Shown piece after piece: positions 31,740 to 40,169 of a stretch of DNA of 64,000 nt. The position numbers were made by a program, and so were the translations under genes. This DNA is from Bacteroidota bacterium (GTDB taxonomy: Bacteria > Bacteroidota > Ignavibacteria > UBA10030), in assembly GCA_049522195.1 (NCBI GenBank), contig JBEKOB010000002.1:49392-113391 (forward strand). Reading direction: 5' to 3'. The notes under the pieces were generated by a model. That model did no database searches and was not told where the DNA came from. It saw only the letters and a program-made list of their open reading frames with translations. The first letter of the stretch is position 1; every line of letters begins with the position of its first letter.

Positions 31740-34163
31740 TTAGACTCCGTAGGGAACCCAGATATTCTTGACCTGAGTCGATTTAAGAAGAAGCTTTTCG
31801 CTCTTCATTCGGTACCAGTCAATCTGTCCGCCGTCGGGGACCCATGTCTGTTTCATATTACTGATGGAGGCCTCTTCAATCGCCCTTCCGCCTTCGGAAC
31901 CACCGAAGAACCAGACCGCATCGACATCTTCATGCTCAGCAAGGACTTTGGCAACGGCATCCGGGTTCTGTGCTGTGAGCATATTGATAACTCCGGAAGG
32001 GACATCGGAGTGTTGAATAATCTGGACCAGATCCATCGCTGTCATAGCATGCTTACCCGAGACTGCAACAACGGTGTTTGCCATGGCAATGGCCGGAGCG
32101 AGGATGGAGATAAGACCGAGCAACGGCGAATTGTCGGAAGCCCGCATTCCAATTACGCCAACCGGTTCGCGCAGCCCGACAACCAGCCTTCTGCCGAGCA
32201 CTGGTTGGACGGTTCCGCCAAATTTATCGGCGTACGCCCCGAATTCAAAAAGCTGACTAATCGCCTGGTCAACTTCGGCGAGCGCCTTTTCCGGGGCACA
32301 ACCCGTCTGGGCTGCGAGGCCGGCAGCGAAGCGTTCCTTCTCGGTTGCAAGATTCTCGGCCCAGAAGTAAAGGATTTGAGCCCGCAGATGAGCCGCGGAC
32401 TCAAACCAAGATGGGAATGCGGCGCGCGCAGCTTCAACAGCATTACGCACATCTTTTCTGTTCGCCTCGCCAACGACCGCAAGCAATTCACCAGAAGGCG
32501 ATGTAACCGAAAAACTCCCGGCCTGATCCGGGCGGGTAAGCTTGCCGCCGATCAGGAAACGGAAAGTGCGGTCAATGGTGGTACCGTTGCTGGTTAATTG
32601 GTGAGTGGTTGAGTGGAGAGAAGTTAATTGGTGATTGGTTAACTGGGAGGCGCTGGGTTCGGTTGGTTTCTCTTGACCGTGGTCCGTGTCTACCAGCACA
32701 TCGTACATTCCCTCGCGCCCGCCTTCGCGACCGTAGCCGCTCTCTTTATATCCTCCAAAGCCCGCAGCAGCATCGAAAAGGTTTGTTGAATTGATCCAGA
32801 TTGTTCCGGCTCTGAGCTTACGCGCAACATCCATCGCTGTGTCAATATCCTGTGACCAGATTGAAGCTGCGAGGCCATAACGAGTATTGTTGCCGAGCTG
32901 AACAGCTTCAGCCGGCGTCCGGAAGGTCAGAGTTACCAGGACTGGGCCGAATATTTCTTCCTGTGCAATCGTGTGAGAGGGTTCAACGTTGGTGAAAAGT
33001 GTCGGTGGAAGGAAAAAGCCCCCCTTCGGACAGACGACATTTTCCGGCTGCCACATCACAGCCCCTTCTTTTTTGCCAACATCCATCATCTCTGTTATTT
33101 TTTTGAGCTGTTCAGCGTTGTTGATCGCCCCCATATCGACGGCCTTGTCGAGAGGATTGCCAACCCGCAACTTGCTCATACGGCGCTTGAGACGCTTTAT
33201 GAAGTCGTCGCGAACCCCTTCCTGCACGAGAAGACGCGATCCGGCACAGCAAACCTGTCCTTCATTAAACCAGATTCCATTGACAACTCCCTCGATGGCA
33301 GAGTCCAGATCGGCGTTCTCAAACACGATAAACGGTGACTTTCCCCCCAACTCCATGGTGAGGTGCTTGTGGGATCCTGCCGTTCCCTTCCGGATGATGC
33401 GACCGACCTCTGTTGAACCCGTGAACGTCACCTTCCAGGGTGTTGGATGTTCGTAGAGCATGGTCCCGGTTTTCGAATCCCCGGTGAGGATGTTAACGAC
33501 ACCCGGAGGAAGCTTCACCTCATTCATCAGGATGTCAGCCAGCAGGAGGGCCGTCATCGGCGTCGATTTGGATGGCTTGAGGACTACCGTATTTCCAGCA
33601 GCGATTGCAGGAGCAATTTTCCAGGCAAGCATGAGGAACGGGAAATTCCAGGGAATGATTTGCGCGATCACTCCGCCGGGGCGATAGCCGGAAAATTCAT
33701 GCTCCATCGTCTGGGCCCAGCCGGCATGATAGTAGAAATGCCTGATGACGACGGGAACATCAATGTCCCTTGTTTCGCGTATTGGCTTGCCGTTGTCTAA
33801 TGATTCAAGAACCGCGAAGATGCGCGCGTGTTTTGCCACAGCGCGGGCGATCGCATACAGATAGCGGGCACGCTTGTGGCCGGAGAGAGCGCTCCACGCG
33901 GGAAACGCTGCCTTCGCCGCGTCGATAGCGGCATCAACATCTTCCTTTGTCCCCATCGCGATTTCGGCGAGCACCTCATCACTCTTTGCCGGATTGATCG
34001 TCTTGAAGTAACCGCCGTTCTTTGGCGGCTGCCACACACCGTTGATGGAATGGGAAAACTTGGAGCCGTGGGACTTGATCCATTCCCGCGTCTTGGCTTC
34101 GGATTCCGGTGCCGGACCGTAGTCAAGTTTGTCAATGAGCGAAGAGAGTTTATTGTTGTCCAT
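31740..34163 (-). CDS. Two-domain aldehyde dehydrogenase family protein (complete ALDH domain plus a C-terminal partial ALDH-like NAD-binding-type domain)
   Basis: 807 aa. Domain 1 has IPWNFPFLM, the catalytic Glu in ELGGKSP and the catalytic Cys in EGQVCCAGSRL. A low-complexity linker QLTNHQLTSLHSTTHQLTS follows. Domain 2 keeps ALDH-like Rossmann features (GVIGMRASDNSPL..., ANTVVAVSGKHA...) but has no EGQ-C catalytic half. Confidence 0.85.
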   Translation of the reverse strand: MDNNKLSSLIDKLDYGPAPESEAKTREWIKSHGSKFSHSINGVWQPPKNGGYFKTINPAKSDEVLAEIAMGTKEDVDAAIDAAKAAFPAWSALSGHKRARYLYAIARAVAKHARIFAVLESLDNGKPIRETRDIDVPVVIRHFYYHAGWAQTMEHEFSGYRPGGVIAQIIPWNFPFLMLAWKIAPAIAAGNTVVLKPSKSTPMTALLLADILMNEVKLPPGVVNILTGDSKTGTMLYEHPTPWKVTFTGSTEVGRIIRKGTAGSHKHLTMELGGKSPFIVFENADLDSAIEGVVNGIWFNEGQVCCAGSRLLVQEGVRDDFIKRLKRRMSKLRVGNPLDKAVDMGAINNAEQLKKITEMMDVGKKEGAVMWQPENVVCPKGGFFLPPTLFTNVEPSHTIAQEEIFGPVLVTLTFRTPAEAVQLGNNTRYGLAASIWSQDIDTAMDVARKLRAGTIWINSTNLFDAAAGFGGYKESGYGREGGREGMYDVLVDTDHGQEKPTEPSASQLTNHQLTSLHSTTHQLTSNGTTIDRTFRFLIGGKLTRPDQAGSFSVTSPSGELLAVVGEANRKDVRNAVEAARAAFPSWFESAAHLRAQILYFWAENLATEKERFAAGLAAQTGCAPEKALAEVDQAISQLFEFGAYADKFGGTVQPVLGRRLVVGLREPVGVIGMRASDNSPLLGLISILAPAIAMANTVVAVSGKHAMTAMDLVQIIQHSDVPSGVINMLTAQNPDAVAKVLAEHEDVDAVWFFGGSEGGRAIEEASISNMKQTWVPDGGQIDWYRMKSEKLLLKSTQVKNIWVPYGV

Positions 34164-34204
34164 TGTATTATCTCAAGTTATCGTGTAAATCAGTCTCCGA
34201 TAGT

Positions 34205-34340
34205 AAACTCGAAATCCGAAGCACGAAACAAATACCAAATGCGAAATCAGAAACAACAGACGAGGGTTCTCGATTCGAATTTGTCTTTCTCGGATTTGTT
34301 TAGGATTTCGTATTTAGGTTTTCGTATCTGGTTCGTCAAC
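34205..34340. repeat. Imperfect palindromic intergenic repeat element (copy A), homologous to copy B at 44918..45090
   Basis: The left arm cgaaatccgaagcacgaaacaaatacc... and right arm ...tcggatttgtttaggatttcgtatttaggttttcgtat are near reverse complements, built from short aaatcc/ggattt and cgaaa/tttcg units. It shares about 33/40 and 20/21 nt blocks with copy B. Confidence 0.5.
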
Positions 34341-35403
34341 CCATCGGGTGATACTGTGCGTTGGAGTAATGGCCGAACGCAAGATGCCTGAGCTGGCGTT
34401 CAATATCTGTAAGCAATCCACTTGCGCCAATCCGGAAAAGGTCCGGCCTGGTCCACTCAACGCCCAACTCTTCCAGCATGAGCGTCAACCAGAGCATGGA
34501 ATCTTTGGCTGAGCGGATTCCACCGGCGGGTTTGAAACCAACCTGCCGTCCATGTAACACTCCAAGATCCATGAATCGGCGTATTTGACGGACCATCACG
34601 AGACCACCTGGAATGGTTGCGTTCGTCGGTTCGAAGCCCGTTGACGTCTTGATGGTATCTGATCCCGCCATGATTGCAACAGCCGAAGCGGCAGCAATGT
34701 TTGTTAAGGTCTCAAGGTTCCCAACACCGAGAATGGTTTTGAGCTTTGCCCTGTTGCCACACGCTTCCCGGTAGGCCACAATCTCGTCGTACAGTGATTT
34801 CCATTTGCCGGTCAAAACCTTTTCCCGACTGATGACCACATCGATCTCCGTCGCCCCTGCCTTTATGGCCAGATCAATCTCCGTGAGTTTTACCTTCATA
34901 AACGTCTGTCCGGATGGAAAACCGGTTGCCACAGACGCGACGGGTAGGCGGCCGTTGAGACACTGAACCGCTGTCTTTACCTGCGCGGGGTACACGCAGA
35001 CGGCGGCTGTGGTGATTGACTGCTGGCCGAGGCCTAATGCGCTTATGGTCTCGTGTTCCAAGGGGGCGAGCGCTTTCGCGCAGAGGCGCGCTACCCTTCC
35101 GGGAGTATCATCACCAGCGAGCGTCGTCAGATCAATACACCGGATGGCCGCCAGGTAAGCGGCAACCTGAGCTTCGACCTTAAACGTGCGGCGGGTTCCG
35201 AGCTCCACAGCCCGGGCCTCGACTGCGCTCTTGTTTACGCGAATCGATTGAACGAGGCCGGGATCGAATGGCACCGGTGCATTGGTGTGAATTCCCACAT
35301 CGCGTGTAGAACGTGATGATGATCCGGATCGTCTCTGCACAGCGGGGCTGCCTGCCCGCCTTCTCGCCGATATGGATCGTCTTGCTGAACGTTTCTCTGG
35401 CAT
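34336..35403 (-). CDS. deoC: Deoxyribose-phosphate aldolase, long (eukaryote-like DERA) form
   Basis: The core has the Schiff-base Lys region characteristic of the class I aldolase DeoC (for example AAIRCIDLTTLAGDDTPGRVARLCAKA, AAVCVYPAQVKTAV). The first ~35 residues of the ORF are an Arg/Ser-rich run. The true start may be an internal GTG near 35298. Confidence 0.75.
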   Translation of the reverse strand: MPEKRSARRSISARRRAGSPAVQRRSGSSSRSTRDVGIHTNAPVPFDPGLVQSIRVNKSAVEARAVELGTRRTFKVEAQVAAYLAAIRCIDLTTLAGDDTPGRVARLCAKALAPLEHETISALGLGQQSITTAAVCVYPAQVKTAVQCLNGRLPVASVATGFPSGQTFMKVKLTEIDLAIKAGATEIDVVISREKVLTGKWKSLYDEIVAYREACGNRAKLKTILGVGNLETLTNIAAASAVAIMAGSDTIKTSTGFEPTNATIPGGLVMVRQIRRFMDLGVLHGRQVGFKPAGGIRSAKDSMLWLTLMLEELGVEWTRPDLFRIGASGLLTDIERQLRHLAFGHYSNAQYHPMG

Positions 35404-35763
35404 GGAAATCCTTGCTCTGGTGCTTCTACTCTGTCACAAATGAATTGATGGACTGGTGAGACTCAAGAACAAACCGAGCGTCTCTTGTATGGTACCGAAA
35501 TAGACAGAGAGTTTCAAATCAGACTCCTCCTTATGCGGTCACCTGCGACACAAACTGTTGCCTTTCAATTGGAACTGCAGTAGCTTTGAGATGCGGAGTC
35601 AGCGGATCCTCTCCCCGATGCACCGATCACATCACACGTTCGGTTCTGCTTCCTGCTCAGCGAGGCTTCCATGATCAGATAACGGACTTCGCCATTCCAC
35701 GGTTTCCAGCTGCCTAGCGCCACGGGGCAGGCCCAGACACCCGTAAATAAGGAGAACCCTGCG

Positions 35764-36882
35764 GTGACATCAAATCCATTTCTCGGCGTCTTCTTTCATT
35801 GGCTCGGCGGATTGGCTTCCGGAAGTTTCTACGTACCGTATCGCGGTGTAAAAAAGTGGGCATGGGAAGTGTACTGGCTCGTAGGGGGATTCTTCAGTTG
35901 GATCATCGCACCCTGGATACTTGCCTCCATCAACACGAACGACCTGCTGTCGGTGCTGAAGGAAGCACCATCGGACAGCATCTTGTGGGCGTATTTCTGG
36001 GGCACCATGTGGGGCCTGGGCGGGCTCACCTTCGGTTTGACCATGCGTTACCTCGGCCTGTCACTTGGAATGGGCGTTGCCCTCGGCTATTGTGCGGCGT
36101 TTGGCACGCTCATGCCGCCGATCTTTCATGGAGAATTTGCAAGCAAAGTGCTTGGCACGCAGTCGGGCCAGGTCATCCTTCTTGGTGTCGGTGTTTGTCT
36201 GCTTGGAATTGCAATTGCAGGCCTGGCTGGTCGCTCCAAGGAAAAGGAAATGACCGATGAGCAAAAGAAGGAGACGATCAAAGAGTTTAATTTCACAAAA
36301 GGCATTCTTGTCGCAACATTTTCGGGAGTGATGAGCGCGTGCTTTGCCTACGGTCTCGATGCCGCCACACCAATTGCAGAGCTTTCAGCGAAACACGGAA
36401 CGACAGCGCTCTGGGTCGGATTGCCAAAGCTGTGCGTGGTTCTTCTCGGAGGTTTTACGACGAACTTTATCTGGTGCGTCGCCCTGAATATCAAGAACCG
36501 GACCGGATATCAGTACTTCAACCGCATGATACGCGTTGAGTCCAAGGACAAGAACAGTGGGACCACGGTTGAGCTGTCCGCAGTGCGCGCCCCGATGTTG
36601 AACAACTATCTCTTCAGCGCTCTTGCCGGGGTGACCTGGTATATGCAGTTCTTCTTCTACACCATGGGCGAAACCCAAATGGGCAACTACAAATTTTCCA
36701 GCTGGACGATTCACATGGCCAGCATCATCATCTTCAGTTCGTTGTGGGGGATTGCGCTGCATGAATGGAAGGGGAGCAGCACATCGACAAAAACAAAGCT
36801 CGCTATCGGTCTCATCACGCTTGTTCTCTCCACTATCGTTGTTGGTTACGGAAACTATCTTGGGGTTGCTGCAAAACCATGA
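35764..36882 (+). CDS. rhaT: L-rhamnose-proton symporter family transporter
   Basis: 372 aa, 10 TM. The N-terminus FLGVFFHWLGGLASGSFYVPYRGVKKWAWEVYW matches RhaT family conservation (FWH..G...A.FY.P...VKKWSWE). GTG start with AAGGAG upstream. Confidence 0.85.
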   Translation: MTSNPFLGVFFHWLGGLASGSFYVPYRGVKKWAWEVYWLVGGFFSWIIAPWILASINTNDLLSVLKEAPSDSILWAYFWGTMWGLGGLTFGLTMRYLGLSLGMGVALGYCAAFGTLMPPIFHGEFASKVLGTQSGQVILLGVGVCLLGIAIAGLAGRSKEKEMTDEQKKETIKEFNFTKGILVATFSGVMSACFAYGLDAATPIAELSAKHGTTALWVGLPKLCVVLLGGFTTNFIWCVALNIKNRTGYQYFNRMIRVESKDKNSGTTVELSAVRAPMLNNYLFSALAGVTWYMQFFFYTMGETQMGNYKFSSWTIHMASIIIFSSLWGIALHEWKGSSTSTKTKLAIGLITLVLSTIVVGYGNYLGVAAKP

Positions 36883-38366
36883 AAAAGTGGGCACCCAGAG
36901 CGCTCGTCACCCTGCTGATTCTTTACGGTGCCATGCTTATCCCCGACCCGGAGCCAAACGTCTCATTTGATGACGTACGGGGAGGCTCAAAAAAGGCATT
37001 CGCCTGGAACCAGGATGCCTTCTGGACGCAGCTGGAAAAGCGGTACGTTGAATCAAAGACCGCCGGCTGCAACAGAGTGTACCATGCGGTTGACAGCCTC
37101 CTGGCATTGGCATGGAAAAACCTTGCATTCATTCATACGAGCCCTCTCGAACCCGGAAGCGTTATCTTCAGGCAACACGAAAACCTGATCTTCGGAATTG
37201 GCTCACTGGTAGCTCCATGCCCGGATGAATTCGGGGAGTTCAAGCGACTTGTGGAAGAATCGCGCAAAGCGATCAAACGACAGTCAGAACACTGGGATAT
37301 GAACAAAAGGGAAGCGCGGGAGACTCTCTACCGGCTTCTCTACGGCGGTCGCGGTGCCGTTGAGGAGATTATGCTGCAGCTCCCGGCGGATTCGACGAAG
37401 GATCCAATTACTCTTGGCACAGATGAACCATCACAGACTCCCGGTGCGAGCATTCTTGGAGCAACGATTCACAGCGGAGACATACTTGTCTCGCGTGGTG
37501 GTGCGCCGACCTCAGCTCTGATAGCTCGGGGAAACGACTTTCCGGGCAACTTCTCTCACATTGCACTTGCCTACGTCGAACCCAAGACACGGCTCGTGAG
37601 CCTCATTGAGGCGCACATAGAGCGTGGCGTCACTATCTCAACACCGGAGCAATATATCAGGGACACCAAATTGCGCGTGATGGTCCTGCGGCTCCGCAAC
37701 AATCTTGCACAAATTCAGGCAGATCCGATGCTGCCGCACCGGGCGGCCGAGTTCGCGCTCAAGAACGCAAGGGAAAAACATATTCCGTACGATTTCAGCA
37801 TGGATTTTCAAAACGCAGACAAGTGGTTTTGCTCTGAGGTCGCCTCCTTTGCATACAAAAACTTCGGTGTTCAACTCTGGATGGGACTCTCTCATGTTTC
37901 GTCTCCCGGATTGCGAAGATGGTTAGCTGGTTTCGGCGTGGAGCACTTTGAAACCCAGGAGCCGTCAGACCTTGAATACGACCCGCAGCTCTGCGTGGTG
38001 GCGGAGTGGCGTGACCCCGAACAGCTTCGGAAGGATCATTTCGATAATGCGGTAACAGAAGCAATGCTGGAAGGTGCAGAAACGGGTGATCGCCTGACCT
38101 ATGCGTGGTATATGCTTCCCGTCGCGCGAGGAGCGAAAGCATATAGTACGGTCCTAAACCTTTTCGGAGCGGAAGGACCAATACCAGAAGGGATGTCTGC
38201 CTCGGCGGCACTGAGGAACAGGTATTACTCCGGCGAGCACACCGCAATCAACGAGGAGCTTACCCGACTGGAAGCAGATTTTAGACGGCAAAAAGGATAT
38301 GCAGCCCCATTCTGGGGTCTCATGCAGATGGCGCGTACCGCTAAGCAAACGGTTGAATCCCGTTGA
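36879..38366 (+). CDS. Secreted/periplasmic protein with a YiiX/YaeF-like permuted papain-fold (C92-type) amidase-like region
   Basis: About 495 aa from MKKWAPRALVTLLILYGAMLIP (signal). The ATG overlaps the rhaT stop (ATGA). The segments GDILVSRGGAPTSALIARGNDFPGNFSHIALAY and DKWFCSEVASFAYKNFG fit the permuted His / Cys arrangement of YiiX-family amidases. Confidence 0.45.
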   Translation: MKKWAPRALVTLLILYGAMLIPDPEPNVSFDDVRGGSKKAFAWNQDAFWTQLEKRYVESKTAGCNRVYHAVDSLLALAWKNLAFIHTSPLEPGSVIFRQHENLIFGIGSLVAPCPDEFGEFKRLVEESRKAIKRQSEHWDMNKREARETLYRLLYGGRGAVEEIMLQLPADSTKDPITLGTDEPSQTPGASILGATIHSGDILVSRGGAPTSALIARGNDFPGNFSHIALAYVEPKTRLVSLIEAHIERGVTISTPEQYIRDTKLRVMVLRLRNNLAQIQADPMLPHRAAEFALKNAREKHIPYDFSMDFQNADKWFCSEVASFAYKNFGVQLWMGLSHVSSPGLRRWLAGFGVEHFETQEPSDLEYDPQLCVVAEWRDPEQLRKDHFDNAVTEAMLEGAETGDRLTYAWYMLPVARGAKAYSTVLNLFGAEGPIPEGMSASAALRNRYYSGEHTAINEELTRLEADFRRQKGYAAPFWGLMQMARTAKQTVESR

Positions 38367-38580
38367 ACGTTAGACACCCCTCTCAAAGACGAGAAGAACC
38401 CCCCATGAAGAAGACCTGGCAAACAAGCACCATGAAGGTATCTGAGACCCTGATGCAGGAAGACCTGAAAAAGAACGCCGTTATCATGGCCGCGTTTGCT
38501 TATCACGCGGCAATGAGCGATCAACGAATGCCGCGCAAACCAGTGAAGTAAGCAGAGCGCGGAAAATACCGGAGCTTGAA

Positions 38581-39288
38581 ATGAAAGGGATATCTCTGAC
38601 AGTAATGATGATGCCGACTATAATTTTTTTGTGTGTCGGCGTCGTTCGCGCTAGGCAGACCGAATCATTAGGAAAGGACACAGCCGTGGTTTCACAGCAA
38701 CGCGTTGTTGAATGGAAGCTCGAAGATTTCAACAATCCAAACGCCGAAGGAGTGACCAAGGCGGGAGATCCCCACACCGTCGACAGCCCGTACGGAAAAG
38801 CGGTGCACTTCGACGGCGTGAAGGATGGATTATTTCTGAATGCTCTTCCAATCGAGAAACTCACACAGTTCACCGTAGAAGCGTTCCTGCAGCCAGACGG
38901 AAAGGCACCGCACGAGCAGAGGTTCCTCCACATGGGTGAAGCGAACGGTAGCCGGCTACTCCTTGAAACACGGGTGACGGACGACGATCAATGGTACCTT
39001 GATGCCTTTATCAAGTCGGGTGACTCGTCCTGTACGCTGATAGACAAAACCAAACTTCACGCGACAGGGATATGGTATCACGTTGCTCTTGTCGTAGATA
39101 ACGGGAAGATGGATACCTACGTCAACGGCAAGCATGAGCTCAACGGGAACGTTGCGTTCTCGCCGTTCAAAGGAGGAACAACGTCGGTCGGTGTCCGGAT
39201 GAACCGGGTTTCCTGGTTCAAGGGAGCCATCTACAAGATCCGAATTACACCAAGGTGCCTTGTGCCCTCAGAATTCATGAAGCAATGA
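38581..39288 (+). CDS. Secreted LamG/concanavalin-A-like jellyroll domain protein
   Basis: 235 aa with a signal peptide. The beta-rich segment ...AVHFDGVKDGLFLNALPIEKLTQFTVEAFLQPDG...IWYHVALVVDNGKMDTYVNGK... matches the Laminin-G_3 pattern (reference observation, then W-HVA-v-d-g-y-NG). Confidence 0.6.
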   Translation: MKGISLTVMMMPTIIFLCVGVVRARQTESLGKDTAVVSQQRVVEWKLEDFNNPNAEGVTKAGDPHTVDSPYGKAVHFDGVKDGLFLNALPIEKLTQFTVEAFLQPDGKAPHEQRFLHMGEANGSRLLLETRVTDDDQWYLDAFIKSGDSSCTLIDKTKLHATGIWYHVALVVDNGKMDTYVNGKHELNGNVAFSPFKGGTTSVGVRMNRVSWFKGAIYKIRITPRCLVPSEFMKQ

Positions 39289-39326
39289 TTCCTGGTCCAC
39301 CATAAAAAACCAAGAAAGGAAACGTT

Positions 39327-39875
39327 ATGAGAGTTCTCCTCTTTGCGTTGACCTTCCTGGCGGTGACCGGTTTGTCGGTTGCCCAGGAAACCCGGACCGA
39401 GGTTACGAAGTCCACCACACCCGCAGATGACGCGAAAGCCAACAGCGATTCTGTTCCCGATGTCTATGCACTCAACGGTCAGTTCGAGCGCGTGGTGGTG
39501 CTTCGTTTTAAGTATCAGGCCGACCTGCTGGCTGGCATGGAAAAAATGGTCAGGGAGCAGAATATCCGCAACGCGGTTATTCTTGCCGGGGCTGGGTCCC
39601 TCACGGGTTACCACTTTCATCTTGTGAGCAACCGCACGTTTCCATCAAAGAATATGCTCATCAAGAACCCGAGCGCTCCAGCGGACCTCGTGAGTATGAA
39701 TGGATATATTATCGACGGCCGCATCCATGCCCACATGACTCTCACCAACGAAGACAAGGCCTTTGGCGGCCACCTCGAACCCGGAACTACGGTGTTCACG
39801 TTCGCGATCATAACGCTGGGAGTTTTTAAAGACGGAATCGACCTTCGTCGCATTGACGATAAAACATACCGCTAA
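39327..39875 (+). CDS. PPC (DUF296) domain protein, secreted
   Basis: 182 aa with a signal peptide MRVLLFALTFLAVTGLSVAQ. The core RVVVLRFKYQADLLAGMEKMVREQNIRNAVILAGAGSLTGYHFHL...GYIIDGRIHAHMTL matches the DUF296/PPC beta-sandwich consensus. Confidence 0.65.
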   Translation: MRVLLFALTFLAVTGLSVAQETRTEVTKSTTPADDAKANSDSVPDVYALNGQFERVVVLRFKYQADLLAGMEKMVREQNIRNAVILAGAGSLTGYHFHLVSNRTFPSKNMLIKNPSAPADLVSMNGYIIDGRIHAHMTLTNEDKAFGGHLEPGTTVFTFAIITLGVFKDGIDLRRIDDKTYR

Positions 39876-39984
39876 CAGATCGAGGAAAAGCAAACCACAA
39901 CGATTTTTGCTCAAAGGCAGTCAATCTTTTGCGAAGAAACATGATTTTCACAAGTTGACCCTCTTTCGGAAATGGGTTAAAACC

Positions 39985-40060
39985 CAGGAAGAGGTTGGTT
40001 AGGATTTATTGCCATGTCCTAAAGGGCGTGGCAATGGCCCCGACCTTCAGGTCGGGGAAT
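39985..40060 (+). promoter_or_regulatory. Two adjacent stable hairpins in the 5' leader of the 1572-aa secreted protein gene
   Basis: ttgccatg-tcctaaaggg-cgtggcaa (8-bp stem with one G.U) immediately followed by ccccgacc-ttca-ggtcgggg (8-bp GC stem, tetraloop). No downstream T-run, so this is not a canonical terminator. Coordinates are approximate. Confidence 0.3.
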
Positions 40061-40169
40061 AGAAGAAGAAGCAATCGGGCTTTAGCCCCATTTAAAGAAG
40101 CGGTCAACTTGAAATGATTCTTAAAGAACCACTCACATCCTCGCTCAGTAAAAAGAGAAGCATGAGATC

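Noticed and set aside
32596-32640. 13-mer gttaattggtga present twice in the ALDH linker and once more at ~48098 upstream of the DUF2062 gene
   Set aside because: The two linker copies are a local tandem duplication. A single additional 12-13-mer match within 64 kb (both strands) is well within chance expectation (tens of such pairs expected).
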